The notes under the pieces are model-generated. The model saw only the letters and a list, made by a program, of their open reading frames with translations. It ran no database searches and was not told the DNA's origin. From Candidatus Methylomirabilota bacterium (GTDB taxonomy: Bacteria > Chloroflexota > Limnocylindria > QHBO01), in assembly GCA_035493355.1 (NCBI GenBank), contig DATJIJ010000110.1, positions 1 through 63,047 of the forward strand: a stretch of DNA of 63,047 bases, in the 5' to 3' direction. The position numbers and the translations under genes are program-made. Numbering within the stretch: the stretch's first letter is position 1; each line of letters begins with the position of its first letter. This document shows, in pieces, positions 7,809-16,517 of the stretch.

Positions 7809-9974
7809 TCAGGCGGCCCCCTGCCGGCGGCTGCGGGCGGCGGCCACCATGTCGGCGAGCTGCAGCTCGATCTCCTCCCAGCCGCGGGTCTTCAGGCCGC
7901 AATCCGGGTTGACCCACACGTCGGTCGCATCCATGAAGCCCAGGAAGTGCTCCAGCCGGTCGTCCATCGTCCCCGCTCCCGGCGAGTGGGGGCTGTGGAC
8001 GTCGAAGACGCCGGGGCCGATCTGCAGGTGACCATCGGTGAAGAGCCCGTAGAACTGGCGGATGTAGCTGTCGTCCTTCGAGCGGCTGAACTCGATTGAC
8101 GCCACGTCGACGCCCGCATCACCCCAGAGCGGGACGATGTCGCCGAAGTCGCCGTAGCACATGTGGGTGTGCATCTGGACCTCGGCCGGCTGGTTGAAGA
8201 CATGGTTGAGAGCTGCCCGTACGCCGCGGGCATAGACGCTCCGGCGCGCCTCGGCATCCTCCGTCGGCAGGGGCCATCGCTCGCGCACCGCCGGCTCGTC
8301 CACCTGGATGATCCGGCAGCCTGCCGCGACCAGGTGCTCGACCTCCTCGGCGATCGGCTGGGCGACTGCCCAGAAGAGCTGGTCGTCCGGGACGCCCGGC
8401 GGCCGGAAGCTCCAGTTCACGATCGTCACCGGTCCGGTCAGCATCCCCTTCACGGGCTTGTTGGTGGCCGCCTGGGCGAGGCGCCACTCGTCGACCGTCA
8501 TCGGCTCCGAGATGGAGGGGGGTGCGGCGAGGATGGGCGGGCGGGTGCATCGGCTGCCATACGAGAGGACCCAGCCGTGCTTGGTGGTGATGTAGCCGTC
8601 CATCTGCTCGGCGAAGTACTCGACCATGTCCGTCCGCTCGAACTCGCCGTGGACGAGGACATCGAGCCCCATCCGCTCCTGCCACGCGATCGAGTCGGTG
8701 ATGAGGGTCGCGATGGCGGCGTCGTATCCCGCCTGGTCGAGGTCCCCCTTGTGCAGGGCGGACCGGAGGTGGCGCACCTCCGAGGTCTGCGGCAGCGAGC
8801 CGGTCGTCGTTGTCGGGAAGGCAGGCAGCCCCAGGGCTGCCTGCGCGCTGCGGCGCTCGGCTCGAGGAGCGCGTTCGCCGAGGTCGCCAACCGCGGGCCA
8901 GGCCACGTGCGGCACCGGGGACGAGGCGGGCTCCGCGCCGCCATTCAGGGCGGCCGCCCAGGCGGCGAGCGTCCCGGCCTTCTGCCGTGCGAACTGAAGC
9001 TCCACGGGCAGGTCCTCGCCCTCGGTGGTATACGGCAGGAACGAGAGGCTCGTCGACGGCACGATGCGCACCGGCTTCCCGTCGTCCGCGCCGGCGAGGG
9101 CGATGCGAACCGCGGCAAAGTCGTCGGGCCAGACGCTGCGGCCCTCCATCACCGCCACGACGTGCTCGGGCTGGGCATCCCACGCCGGCGTCCCGACCAG
9201 GGACGGGACGTGATCGAGCCGAACCTGGACGGCATAACCGCGCTGACCCAGCGCTTCGAGAGTCCCCGTCGAGGCGGCGCCGAACTGGACGGTCACCAGC
9301 GGCGCCCCATCCGAGGCAATGCGCCCAAGCGCGTCGTAGGCCGCATCGCGCAGCGCCTCATCGGTGGCATCGAGGCGCATCCCCAGGCACGGCTCGTCGA
9401 GCTGGAGGCGGAATCCTGCGGGCTGCGAGCGGGCGAATGCCCCCATCGCGGCCCCGGCGGCGCGCGCCAGATCAGTCGCGTGCAGGTCGTTGAGCTTGCT
9501 GAGCCGGGCGAGGCTGTACGGCCCGAGGATCGGCCAGACGGCGTCACTGCCGGGGATTGGCTCGCGCCACGGGAGCGGGACGAGCGATTCCGGCAGGCGG
9601 TCGACCTCCGGCACGACGTAGTGGTAGTTCGTGTCGAACCACTTCGTCATCTCCCACGCCTCGCGCTGCGCAGTGCCGCGCGCGAGGGCGGTCAGGAGCT
9701 CGAACGGGTCATCGGAGAGGCCCTGCGGATGAATCCCAAGCATCAGCGCGGTCTCGAGGACCTCGTCGTACAGGAAGAAGTCGTCCACCGCGGAGCCGAT
9801 GAGCTCGGTCTGCTCGTCGAGGTGCGCGCGGCGCAGCTCGACGACCTTGGCGGTCAATTCGCCCGCCATCGAGCGCCCGGACCATGCGCGCTCGAGAGCC
9901 CATTTGAGCTCCCGATTCGGCCCGATGCGTGGATACCCGATCAGCTGTGCGGCGATATGCAAGGCAGGACTCAT
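7809..9974 (-). CDS. metE: cobalamin-independent methionine synthase
   Basis: 721 aa with a two-domain Meth_synt architecture. N-terminal GYPRIGPNRELKWALE and the C-terminal zinc site HTHMCYGDF. Confidence 0.9.
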   Translation of the reverse strand: MSPALHIAAQLIGYPRIGPNRELKWALERAWSGRSMAGELTAKVVELRRAHLDEQTELIGSAVDDFFLYDEVLETALMLGIHPQGLSDDPFELLTALARGTAQREAWEMTKWFDTNYHYVVPEVDRLPESLVPLPWREPIPGSDAVWPILGPYSLARLSKLNDLHATDLARAAGAAMGAFARSQPAGFRLQLDEPCLGMRLDATDEALRDAAYDALGRIASDGAPLVTVQFGAASTGTLEALGQRGYAVQVRLDHVPSLVGTPAWDAQPEHVVAVMEGRSVWPDDFAAVRIALAGADDGKPVRIVPSTSLSFLPYTTEGEDLPVELQFARQKAGTLAAWAAALNGGAEPASSPVPHVAWPAVGDLGERAPRAERRSAQAALGLPAFPTTTTGSLPQTSEVRHLRSALHKGDLDQAGYDAAIATLITDSIAWQERMGLDVLVHGEFERTDMVEYFAEQMDGYITTKHGWVLSYGSRCTRPPILAAPPSISEPMTVDEWRLAQAATNKPVKGMLTGPVTIVNWSFRPPGVPDDQLFWAVAQPIAEEVEHLVAAGCRIIQVDEPAVRERWPLPTEDAEARRSVYARGVRAALNHVFNQPAEVQMHTHMCYGDFGDIVPLWGDAGVDVASIEFSRSKDDSYIRQFYGLFTDGHLQIGPGVFDVHSPHSPGAGTMDDRLEHFLGFMDATDVWVNPDCGLKTRGWEEIELQLADMVAAARSRRQGAA

Positions 9975-10011
9975 TCGTGCGGTGGAGCCGATAGTCTAGG
10001 CGAACGAGCGC

Positions 10012-11085
10012 TCACGGCTCGGTGGCGAGGATGATCTCGCCGCCACCGAAGATCGCGACCAGCTCGGTCTTGCCCGTGCCGCCATTGGCGCGCGCGAAGA
10101 TGCGCGCCTTGTCGGCGACGCCCGAGGGAGCCGTCCGCTCCGGCAGCTCCAGCCAGGAGTCGGTGCTCATCGCACCGGTGCTGAAGACGCCATAGCCCGA
10201 CGTGCTGGTGACCTGACCGTGGACGCCATAGGTGACGCCCGTCGCGCTGGTCGCCTGGCCATGGATGCCCTTGCCCGACGCGCTGTTGGCGCGGCCGTAG
10301 ACGCCAACCGTTGCGCCGGTGGCGGCCGTCGCCCAGCCCTTGACCCCCTGGCCGTTCGTGCTGGACGAGTTGCCCTGCACGCCCGCCCAGATTCCGGCGA
10401 CGCTGAAGCTCTCGCCCAGGACTCCGGTGCCCGCCTCGGAGGCCGACGAGCCGCGCACTCCATAGTTCTGCCCGGTCAGATGCGACGCGTACCCTGAGAC
10501 GCCGGCCCCGCTCGGGGCTGCGGTCTCCCCGTACACGCCAAGGGCACTCTGGCCGGCATTCGTCGCATAGCCGGCGACGCCTCGACCCAGCTCTGCGGCG
10601 CTCTCCCCACGGATCCCCTCGACGACGGCCTGCGCCGTGCTTGTGGCGCTTCCCTTGATCGCGGTGGTCGTATCGCTCGTGGCGATCACGCCGATGTTGC
10701 TGCCGCCGAAGGCCCGCATCCCCGCCCCGTTGCCGGCGATGCCGGCGTTGCGTGCCTGGACTCCGTCGCCGTTGGGGGAGTCGCTGCGGCCGTAGACGCC
10801 ACGCGTCCCGCCAGTGGCTGGCGTGACATAGCCCATGAGGGCGGTCCCAGGCCCGTTCTGGATCAGCTCGAAGGCAACCACCGAGCTGGTCGTCGACAGG
10901 ATCGTGTTCGAGCTGCCCGCGTTGTTCGTGGTGTTGCCAATGATCAGGGCGGCGCCGGCGGCTGCCTCCGTTGGGGCCGGCCGGGCCATCGCGGCGGCAA
11001 TTGCTGCCGCGCCGCCGGCCGCGGCTGCCAGCACGGCACGGCGTGAACGGGGCTGGGTTGCTGGACCGAGGGTCGTCTCATTCAT
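10012..11085 (-). CDS. Tat-secreted Gly/Ser/Thr-rich tandem-repeat protein, unknown family
   Basis: ORF trimmed to ATG 11083-11085. The twin-arginine signal is MNETTLGPATQPRSRRAVLAAAAGGAAAIAAAMA. About 16 tandem 12-14-residue units follow the pattern G-V-x-G-x3-S/T-x2-G (GVYGRSDSPNGD, GVAGYATNAGQSAL, GVYGETAAPSGA, GVSGYASHLTGQNY, GVRGSSASEAGT ...). A non-repeat C-terminal roughly 50 aa ends ELVAIFGGGEIILATEP. Confidence 0.7.
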   Translation of the reverse strand: MNETTLGPATQPRSRRAVLAAAAGGAAAIAAAMARPAPTEAAAGAALIIGNTTNNAGSSNTILSTTSSVVAFELIQNGPGTALMGYVTPATGGTRGVYGRSDSPNGDGVQARNAGIAGNGAGMRAFGGSNIGVIATSDTTTAIKGSATSTAQAVVEGIRGESAAELGRGVAGYATNAGQSALGVYGETAAPSGAGVSGYASHLTGQNYGVRGSSASEAGTGVLGESFSVAGIWAGVQGNSSSTNGQGVKGWATAATGATVGVYGRANSASGKGIHGQATSATGVTYGVHGQVTSTSGYGVFSTGAMSTDSWLELPERTAPSGVADKARIFARANGGTGKTELVAIFGGGEIILATEP

Positions 11086-11141
11086 GATGGGCCTCCTCCG
11101 ATACATTGGCCGCCACGGCTCCTGGCCGTGGCCGGCGCGGG

Positions 11142-11690
11142 TCACCAGTCGGGTAGCGAATCAGCGATCTCGTTGAGCAGGGGTAGTCGTTGGTCGCGCT
11201 CGGAGAGGATCGGTTCCGCCAAGGGCCAGGCGATGCCCAGCGACGGATCGTCCCACCGCACGCCGCGCTCGGCCTCCGGGTCGTAGTAGCTGGAGACGCG
11301 GTAGGCCACATCGGCCACCTCCGAGAGGACGCAGAAGCCATGCGCGAAGCCGATGGGCACATAGACCTGGCGATGCGCCACATCGTCCAGCTCGAATCCC
11401 TCGTGCCGCCCGAACGTGGCCGACGAACGACGAATGTCCACCACGACGTCCCAGATCCTGCCGCGTGCCACCCTCACCAGCTTGGCCTGGCCCGGGTCGC
11501 TCTGGAAGTGGAGGCCGCGAATCGTGCCTGCGTTCGAGCGCGACTGGTTGTCCTGCACGAATTCGTCGGCCACCCCGGCCTCCTGGTAACGCCGCCGGCT
11601 GAACGTCTCCAGGAAGAATCCCCTGGGGTCCTCGGCGACAGCGGGCTCGAGGAGGAGCACGCCGGCGAGCTTCGTGGGCAGGCTCCGCAT
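11142..11690 (-). CDS. rfbC: dTDP-4-dehydrorhamnose 3,5-epimerase
   Basis: ORF trimmed to ATG 11688-11690 (MRSLPTKLAGVLLLEP). Motifs: DPRGFFLETF, RGLHFQ, KLVRVARGRIWDVVVDIR, VYVPIGFAHGF. Confidence 0.9.
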   Translation of the reverse strand: MRSLPTKLAGVLLLEPAVAEDPRGFFLETFSRRRYQEAGVADEFVQDNQSRSNAGTIRGLHFQSDPGQAKLVRVARGRIWDVVVDIRRSSATFGRHEGFELDDVAHRQVYVPIGFAHGFCVLSEVADVAYRVSSYYDPEAERGVRWDDPSLGIAWPLAEPILSERDQRLPLLNEIADSLPDW

Positions 11691-11713
11691 CGGTCTGGGC
11701 TCGACCGATTCGC

Positions 11714-12616
11714 CTATTGGACCTTGCCGGGGCTGTCGCCGGGTCCCGCCAGGTAGCCGACGAACTGGCCGACGCCCTGGGAGTACAGCAGCCACAGCAT
11801 GGCGGGGGTGCAGCGGGCGACGAGGGGCGCATACCCGCGTGAGCCCAGCAATGTCGCGGTGCGCACGTAGCGCGCCAACGGCACGACCGGTGCGCCGATC
11901 ACGCGGATCCACTGAACGGCGTCCATGTGCTGGCGCTTGAAGCCGGACATCGTGCGACCCGCGTTGTAGTGGATCGCGGTCGTGCCGCGGAAGCCGAGCG
12001 ACTGGTCGTGCTGGACGCGGATCGAATCGTCATTGATCAGCGTGGCCCCCGTCGCGGCCAGGTGGCGCTGGTGAAGCCCATCCATCGCTCCGAGGCCGCC
12101 GTAGTTCTCCATCTGCTCGATGGCGTGACGCTTGTACGAGACGTTGACCGCGCCTGAGAGGCGCTTGGCCGGCCCACTCTGGATCGGGGTCGCGACATTG
12201 ACCTGCACGACCAGGAAGCTGCCCCAGTCCATGGCGTTGCCGGTCGCCGCGTTCTCGACCGAGCCACCGATGGCCGTCGCCTCCGGGTGCTTGGCGTGAG
12301 CTTCGAGATGCTGGCGCGCCCAGCTGGGGGGCACTCGGACATGGTCTTCGGTGATCGCCACGATCTCGCCGCGAGCGGCCTTGTAGCCCCGGTCGCGAAG
12401 CTGGAAGACTGATTCGCCCGGGTAGCTCAGCCACACCACCGCGGGACCGACCTCTTCGGGGCCAGGCGGGGGGTTGCCGCTGCCGTCCGTGACCACGACT
12501 TCCCCCCCAACGTCCGCGACCGAATCGATCGCGGTGCGCAGCTCTGGGGCGATCTCCGGCCAGCCCTGTACGGTGCTGATCGTGACACTGATCGGGGGGC
12601 GGGCGGCTTCAGTCAT
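11714..12616 (-). CDS. glycosyltransferase family 2-like protein
   Basis: N-terminal ISVTISTVQGWPE...VVVTDGSGNPP and an acidic TEDH motif in the DxD position. 300 aa. Confidence 0.6.
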   Translation of the reverse strand: MTEAARPPISVTISTVQGWPEIAPELRTAIDSVADVGGEVVVTDGSGNPPPGPEEVGPAVVWLSYPGESVFQLRDRGYKAARGEIVAITEDHVRVPPSWARQHLEAHAKHPEATAIGGSVENAATGNAMDWGSFLVVQVNVATPIQSGPAKRLSGAVNVSYKRHAIEQMENYGGLGAMDGLHQRHLAATGATLINDDSIRVQHDQSLGFRGTTAIHYNAGRTMSGFKRQHMDAVQWIRVIGAPVVPLARYVRTATLLGSRGYAPLVARCTPAMLWLLYSQGVGQFVGYLAGPGDSPGKVQ

Positions 12617-12663
12617 GGCCCGATGCTAGCGGACGAGATGCCGGCGGGAGCGGCCGGGACCGC

Positions 12664-13779
12664 TCACCGTCTAGCGAGAGCGGTTCGGTAGGCGCGCATC
12701 GTGCCCTCGGCCAGGCTCGTGACGCTGAAGGCCGCCGCCCGCGCTGGGCCCGCGATCCGCAGGCGATCCCTGACCCGGTCATCGGCGGCGGCAGTGGCGA
12801 GCGCCTCGGCGATCGCATGGACGTCGTACGGGTCCACCAGCAAGGCGGCATCCCCGGCGACCTCCGGGATGGCGGCGCGATTGGCGGCGACCACGGGTGT
12901 GCCCCGCGACATCGCCTCGAGAACGGGGAGGCCAAAGCCCTCGTAGACGGAGACATAGGCCACGACGGACGCGGCGGCGTACAGCGCAGCCAGCCGTTCG
13001 TCATCGACGTACCCAACCTGGCGGACCCAGCCCTCGGCCTGGTGCCGGGCGATGGCCGAATCTACCTCGCGCGCACCCGAGTCTCGCTGCCCGGCCAGGA
13101 TGAGCTCGAGCTCAACCCCACCAGCGCGAGCCTCGGCAATCGCCGCGATGAGGCGGGGCACGTTCTTCCGTGGCTGCAGGTTGCCGACCTGGAGCACGAA
13201 TGGCGCCTCGACCCCCATCGCGGCCAGCAGCACGCTCCGATTCGCGCCCTCCCCGTCCGGCGGGAGGACACCGTTTGGGGTGACGACGACGCGATCGGGA
13301 TCGAGGTCGTAGTGGTGGAGGAGGCGCGCCCGCGAGAAATGGGAGGGTGTCACGACCACTGCCGAGCTCCGCACCGCCAACCGGACGGTCGCCTGGAGGC
13401 GCATGCGCGTCAGCGCCGGAAGCAGGTCAGGCTCGTCCTCGAACGAGACGTCATGGATGGCGGTGACCACCGGCACGCCGGCGATCGGGGGCGCGACGTA
13501 CTGCACGTGCAGCAGGTCGACACGGTCGAGCCGAGCACGCACCGGCAGCTCGAGCGGGATGCGCAGCTGCGGCCACCCGGTCCGCAGGCGCCTGACCGCC
13601 ATGCCATTCGTGGGTCGCGGCCACGTTGCATCCCGCTCCAGATAGGCGGTCAGGTCGATGTCCGGTCGCGCAGCGAGGCCGGTCGCCAGCGCGATCAGGT
13701 AGGTCTCGTTGCCGGTCTTGCGACGCCCGACGACATGCGCGTCCAGGCCAACCCGAATGGGACGGTCGGTCGAGGGCAT
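12664..13779 (-). CDS. glycosyltransferase family 4 (GT-B)
   Basis: C-terminal E-x7-E region: SVYEGFGLPVLEAMSRGTPVVAANRAAIPEVAGDAALLVDP. Confidence 0.8.
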   Translation of the reverse strand: MPSTDRPIRVGLDAHVVGRRKTGNETYLIALATGLAARPDIDLTAYLERDATWPRPTNGMAVRRLRTGWPQLRIPLELPVRARLDRVDLLHVQYVAPPIAGVPVVTAIHDVSFEDEPDLLPALTRMRLQATVRLAVRSSAVVVTPSHFSRARLLHHYDLDPDRVVVTPNGVLPPDGEGANRSVLLAAMGVEAPFVLQVGNLQPRKNVPRLIAAIAEARAGGVELELILAGQRDSGAREVDSAIARHQAEGWVRQVGYVDDERLAALYAAASVVAYVSVYEGFGLPVLEAMSRGTPVVAANRAAIPEVAGDAALLVDPYDVHAIAEALATAAADDRVRDRLRIAGPARAAAFSVTSLAEGTMRAYRTALARR

Positions 13780-13822
13780 CGGCGCATGATGCCATGCGGT
13801 CCTGCTCGGGCCGTCGCGTAGG

Positions 13823-14950
13823 ATGCAGCCGATGCGGATCGCGATCCTTGGGACTCGGGGGGTGCCCGCCGCCTACGGCGGCTTCGAAACATTCGCCGAG
13901 GAGCTGGGAGCGCGGCTCGTCGAGCGCGGCCACGCGGTGACCGTCTACGGACGCGCTCACTCCGTGCCCGCGGGCCTCCGCGAGCATCGCGGGATGCAGC
14001 TGCGGGTGCTCCCCACCATCCGCCACAAGTACCTCGACACGGTCGTGCACACCGCGATCTCTGCGATCGACTCCGTGGTTCGCAACTTCGACGTCGCGCT
14101 TGTCTGCAACAGCGCGAACGCGCCTTTCGCGCTCATCCCCCGCCTCGGCGGCGCACGGGTCGCTCTTAACGTGGATGGCCTGGAGTGGCAGCGCCGGAAG
14201 TGGAGCCGCCTCGGCCAGTGGTATTACCAGGGCTGTGCCTGGCTCGCGCCGAAGCTCCCCATCGTGCTGGTCTCAGATGCCGTAATGATCGCCCGCTACT
14301 ACCAGGAGCGCTTCGGGCGCAAGACGGTCTACATCCCCTACGGCACCGACGCACGACGCGTCGAGCCCGGGGAGACACTCGGCCGGCTTGAGCTGCGGCC
14401 CGGGGCGTACCTGCTCTACGTCAGCCGCCTCGAGCCGGAGAATCACGCCCTGACGGTGATCGAGGGCTATCGTGCAGCCGGCGGCCAAGCCGCGCTCGGC
14501 GGACCGCTCGTGCTGGTCGGCGACGCCCCGTACGCGGACGAGTACAAGGCCCAGCTCCAGCGCGCCGCCGCCTCTGTCGAGAACGTGATCATGCCCGGCT
14601 ACGTCTTTGGCGACGGCTACGCCGAGCTGCAGTCGAACGCGATGCTGTATGTCCAGGCCACCGAGGTCGGCGGGACGCACCCCGCGCTGCTCGAGGCGAT
14701 GGGCCGTGGCGCGGCGATCGTCGCGAATGACGTGCCGGAGCATCGCGAGGTGCTGGCCGATGCCGGCGTCTACTACGCGCGCAACGATCCCGCCGACCTG
14801 GGCCGGCGCCTCGACGAGCTTGCTTCGGACCCGGCCATTCGAAGCCGGCTTGGCGCCGCGGCGGCGGAGCGGGCGGCGCGACTCTTTTCCTGGGACCGGG
14901 TCACCGAGGAGTACGAGGAGCTCTTCCAGCGGATGGTTCATGCTCGCTGA
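13823..14950 (+). CDS. glycosyltransferase family 4 with DUF1972-type N-terminus
   Basis: MRIAILGTRGVPAAYGGFETFAEELG is the typical DUF1972 start, so the true start may be ATG 13832. C-terminal GT-B motif: ATEVGGTHPALLEAMGRGAAIVAND. This is the only plus-strand gene inside a minus-strand block. Confidence 0.8.
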   Translation: MQPMRIAILGTRGVPAAYGGFETFAEELGARLVERGHAVTVYGRAHSVPAGLREHRGMQLRVLPTIRHKYLDTVVHTAISAIDSVVRNFDVALVCNSANAPFALIPRLGGARVALNVDGLEWQRRKWSRLGQWYYQGCAWLAPKLPIVLVSDAVMIARYYQERFGRKTVYIPYGTDARRVEPGETLGRLELRPGAYLLYVSRLEPENHALTVIEGYRAAGGQAALGGPLVLVGDAPYADEYKAQLQRAAASVENVIMPGYVFGDGYAELQSNAMLYVQATEVGGTHPALLEAMGRGAAIVANDVPEHREVLADAGVYYARNDPADLGRRLDELASDPAIRSRLGAAAAERAARLFSWDRVTEEYEELFQRMVHAR

Positions 14951-15070
14951 CGGGTTGGTCCCGATCGTGCTGGGCACGGGCGCCAACCTGCTGTTGGAGG
15001 CGTTGTTGCAACGGCCCTTCGCCCGTAGGCTCGCATTCGTCAGCGGTGAGGGTGCGATCCGGCTCCCCGT

Positions 15071-16447
15071 CTAGGACGGGTCAGTGGCGCCCCCGCCTCG
15101 CGCGGTGACGGCCATTCCCGCGAGCGCCAGTCCGATGATCGCCCACAGCGGCGTGGAGACGGTCGGATCCTCGATCACCGGGATAAAGATGGCACCCACC
15201 CCGAGCCCGAATGCGATGCCAAACGCCGCCCTGCTGATGGGCCTGAGCCGATCGGTCCACAGGCGTCGCAGGATCGTGACCGCGGTCACCGCGAGAAGCC
15301 CGAAGCCAATGAGGCCCACCTGGATGGCATAGAGGATGTACCAGGTCTCTGTCAGGATTCGCGGCCGCCCCTGGGTCTCGTCGAATCGAGCGGCCTTCGG
15401 GCCAGCCGTCCCGAGTCCAAGGCCGAGCGGATGCTCGAAGAGGACGGTCAGCCCTGCCCGGACGCTATGGGGACGGTTCCCCACCGAGGGGTCGTTGCCG
15501 GTCGCGGTTGCTTTGACGAGGGCTGCCGCGCCGGAGGTCGTGAAGACCGCAATGGTCAGGATCACCGACGCAAGGATCGGCGCGCCGATGGTGAGCAGGG
15601 TCCGGCGACGGCTGTCCGGGCGGACGGCGATGAGGCTGCGCAGCTGTGCTCGGGACAGCCAGAGGATGAGGCCGGATGAAACCAGCGTGGCGAGCCAGGC
15701 GCTGCGCGAAAACGAGATGAGAAGCGCCATCGCCAGGATGGCCAGAAGCCATGCGCGCATCCAGTCACGAATCCTGAGCAGGCCCGGCACAACCAGCAGG
15801 GCGATCGCGATCGCCAGCGCGGCACCGAACTCGTTCGGCGAATGCAACAGGCCAATCGCGCGGGGCTGATTCAGGCCGTGCGCCAGGAAGGAATGGTGGA
15901 TCTGGTCGCCGGGGTCCGTGTAGAACTTTTGGAGATAGGAGAACCGGAAGACATAAACCTGCGGCCAGGCGTAGAGCGCGCTGATGGCGGAACTCAGAAT
16001 CAAGGCCAACGCTGCGCGCGCGGGGATCCAGCCAGGCGTGCCTGCATACCGAGCCAGGACGGTGATGGCGGCGAGGAGGAGTGGCGGCTCGTAGAGGACG
16101 CGGTACACGTAAAAGGCGGTGAACGTCACCGGCGAGACGGCTACGTACACAAGCCCAACCGCGAGGATGGCGGCGATGAGCCATTCGACGAGGTCGAGCG
16201 AACGCTCTCGAGCTCGAACGAGGGCCAGCAACCCCGCCAGGGCGATACCGGCGACCAGCGCGTCGTGCCAGGCGGCAAGAGCGATCTGGGCTGGATTGGA
16301 CAGACCGAAGAGGCGCGGAACAACCTGGGTCAGCGCCCCGTTGACGGGAAGGACGCCGAGCAGTGCCACCAGGGCGACCCATGGCCGGCGCACCGCGACG
16401 ATGCCGAGCACCAGGTCGACGGCAACGAACGGCAATGCGTCGAGCAC
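15071..16447 (-). CDS. Wzy_C (O-antigen ligase/polymerase) family membrane protein
   Basis: About 11-12 TM spans and the characteristic loop LISFSRSAWLATLVSSGLILWL. GTG start. Confidence 0.75.
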   Translation of the reverse strand: MLDALPFVAVDLVLGIVAVRRPWVALVALLGVLPVNGALTQVVPRLFGLSNPAQIALAAWHDALVAGIALAGLLALVRARERSLDLVEWLIAAILAVGLVYVAVSPVTFTAFYVYRVLYEPPLLLAAITVLARYAGTPGWIPARAALALILSSAISALYAWPQVYVFRFSYLQKFYTDPGDQIHHSFLAHGLNQPRAIGLLHSPNEFGAALAIAIALLVVPGLLRIRDWMRAWLLAILAMALLISFSRSAWLATLVSSGLILWLSRAQLRSLIAVRPDSRRRTLLTIGAPILASVILTIAVFTTSGAAALVKATATGNDPSVGNRPHSVRAGLTVLFEHPLGLGLGTAGPKAARFDETQGRPRILTETWYILYAIQVGLIGFGLLAVTAVTILRRLWTDRLRPISRAAFGIAFGLGVGAIFIPVIEDPTVSTPLWAIIGLALAGMAVTARGGGATDPS

Positions 16448-16517
16448 GACCAGCGACTACCCCTGCGTGGCGGATGCTGCGGTGCATCCTAGCCCGCGCA
16501 AGGCACGGGCGGGTTGC

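Noticed and set aside
14951-15070. Bidirectional terminator between convergent GT4(+) and Wzy_C(-)
   Set aside because: Only short stems (CCAAC-ctgct-GTTGG, GTTGCAAC) without U/A tracts are present. This is too weak to call.
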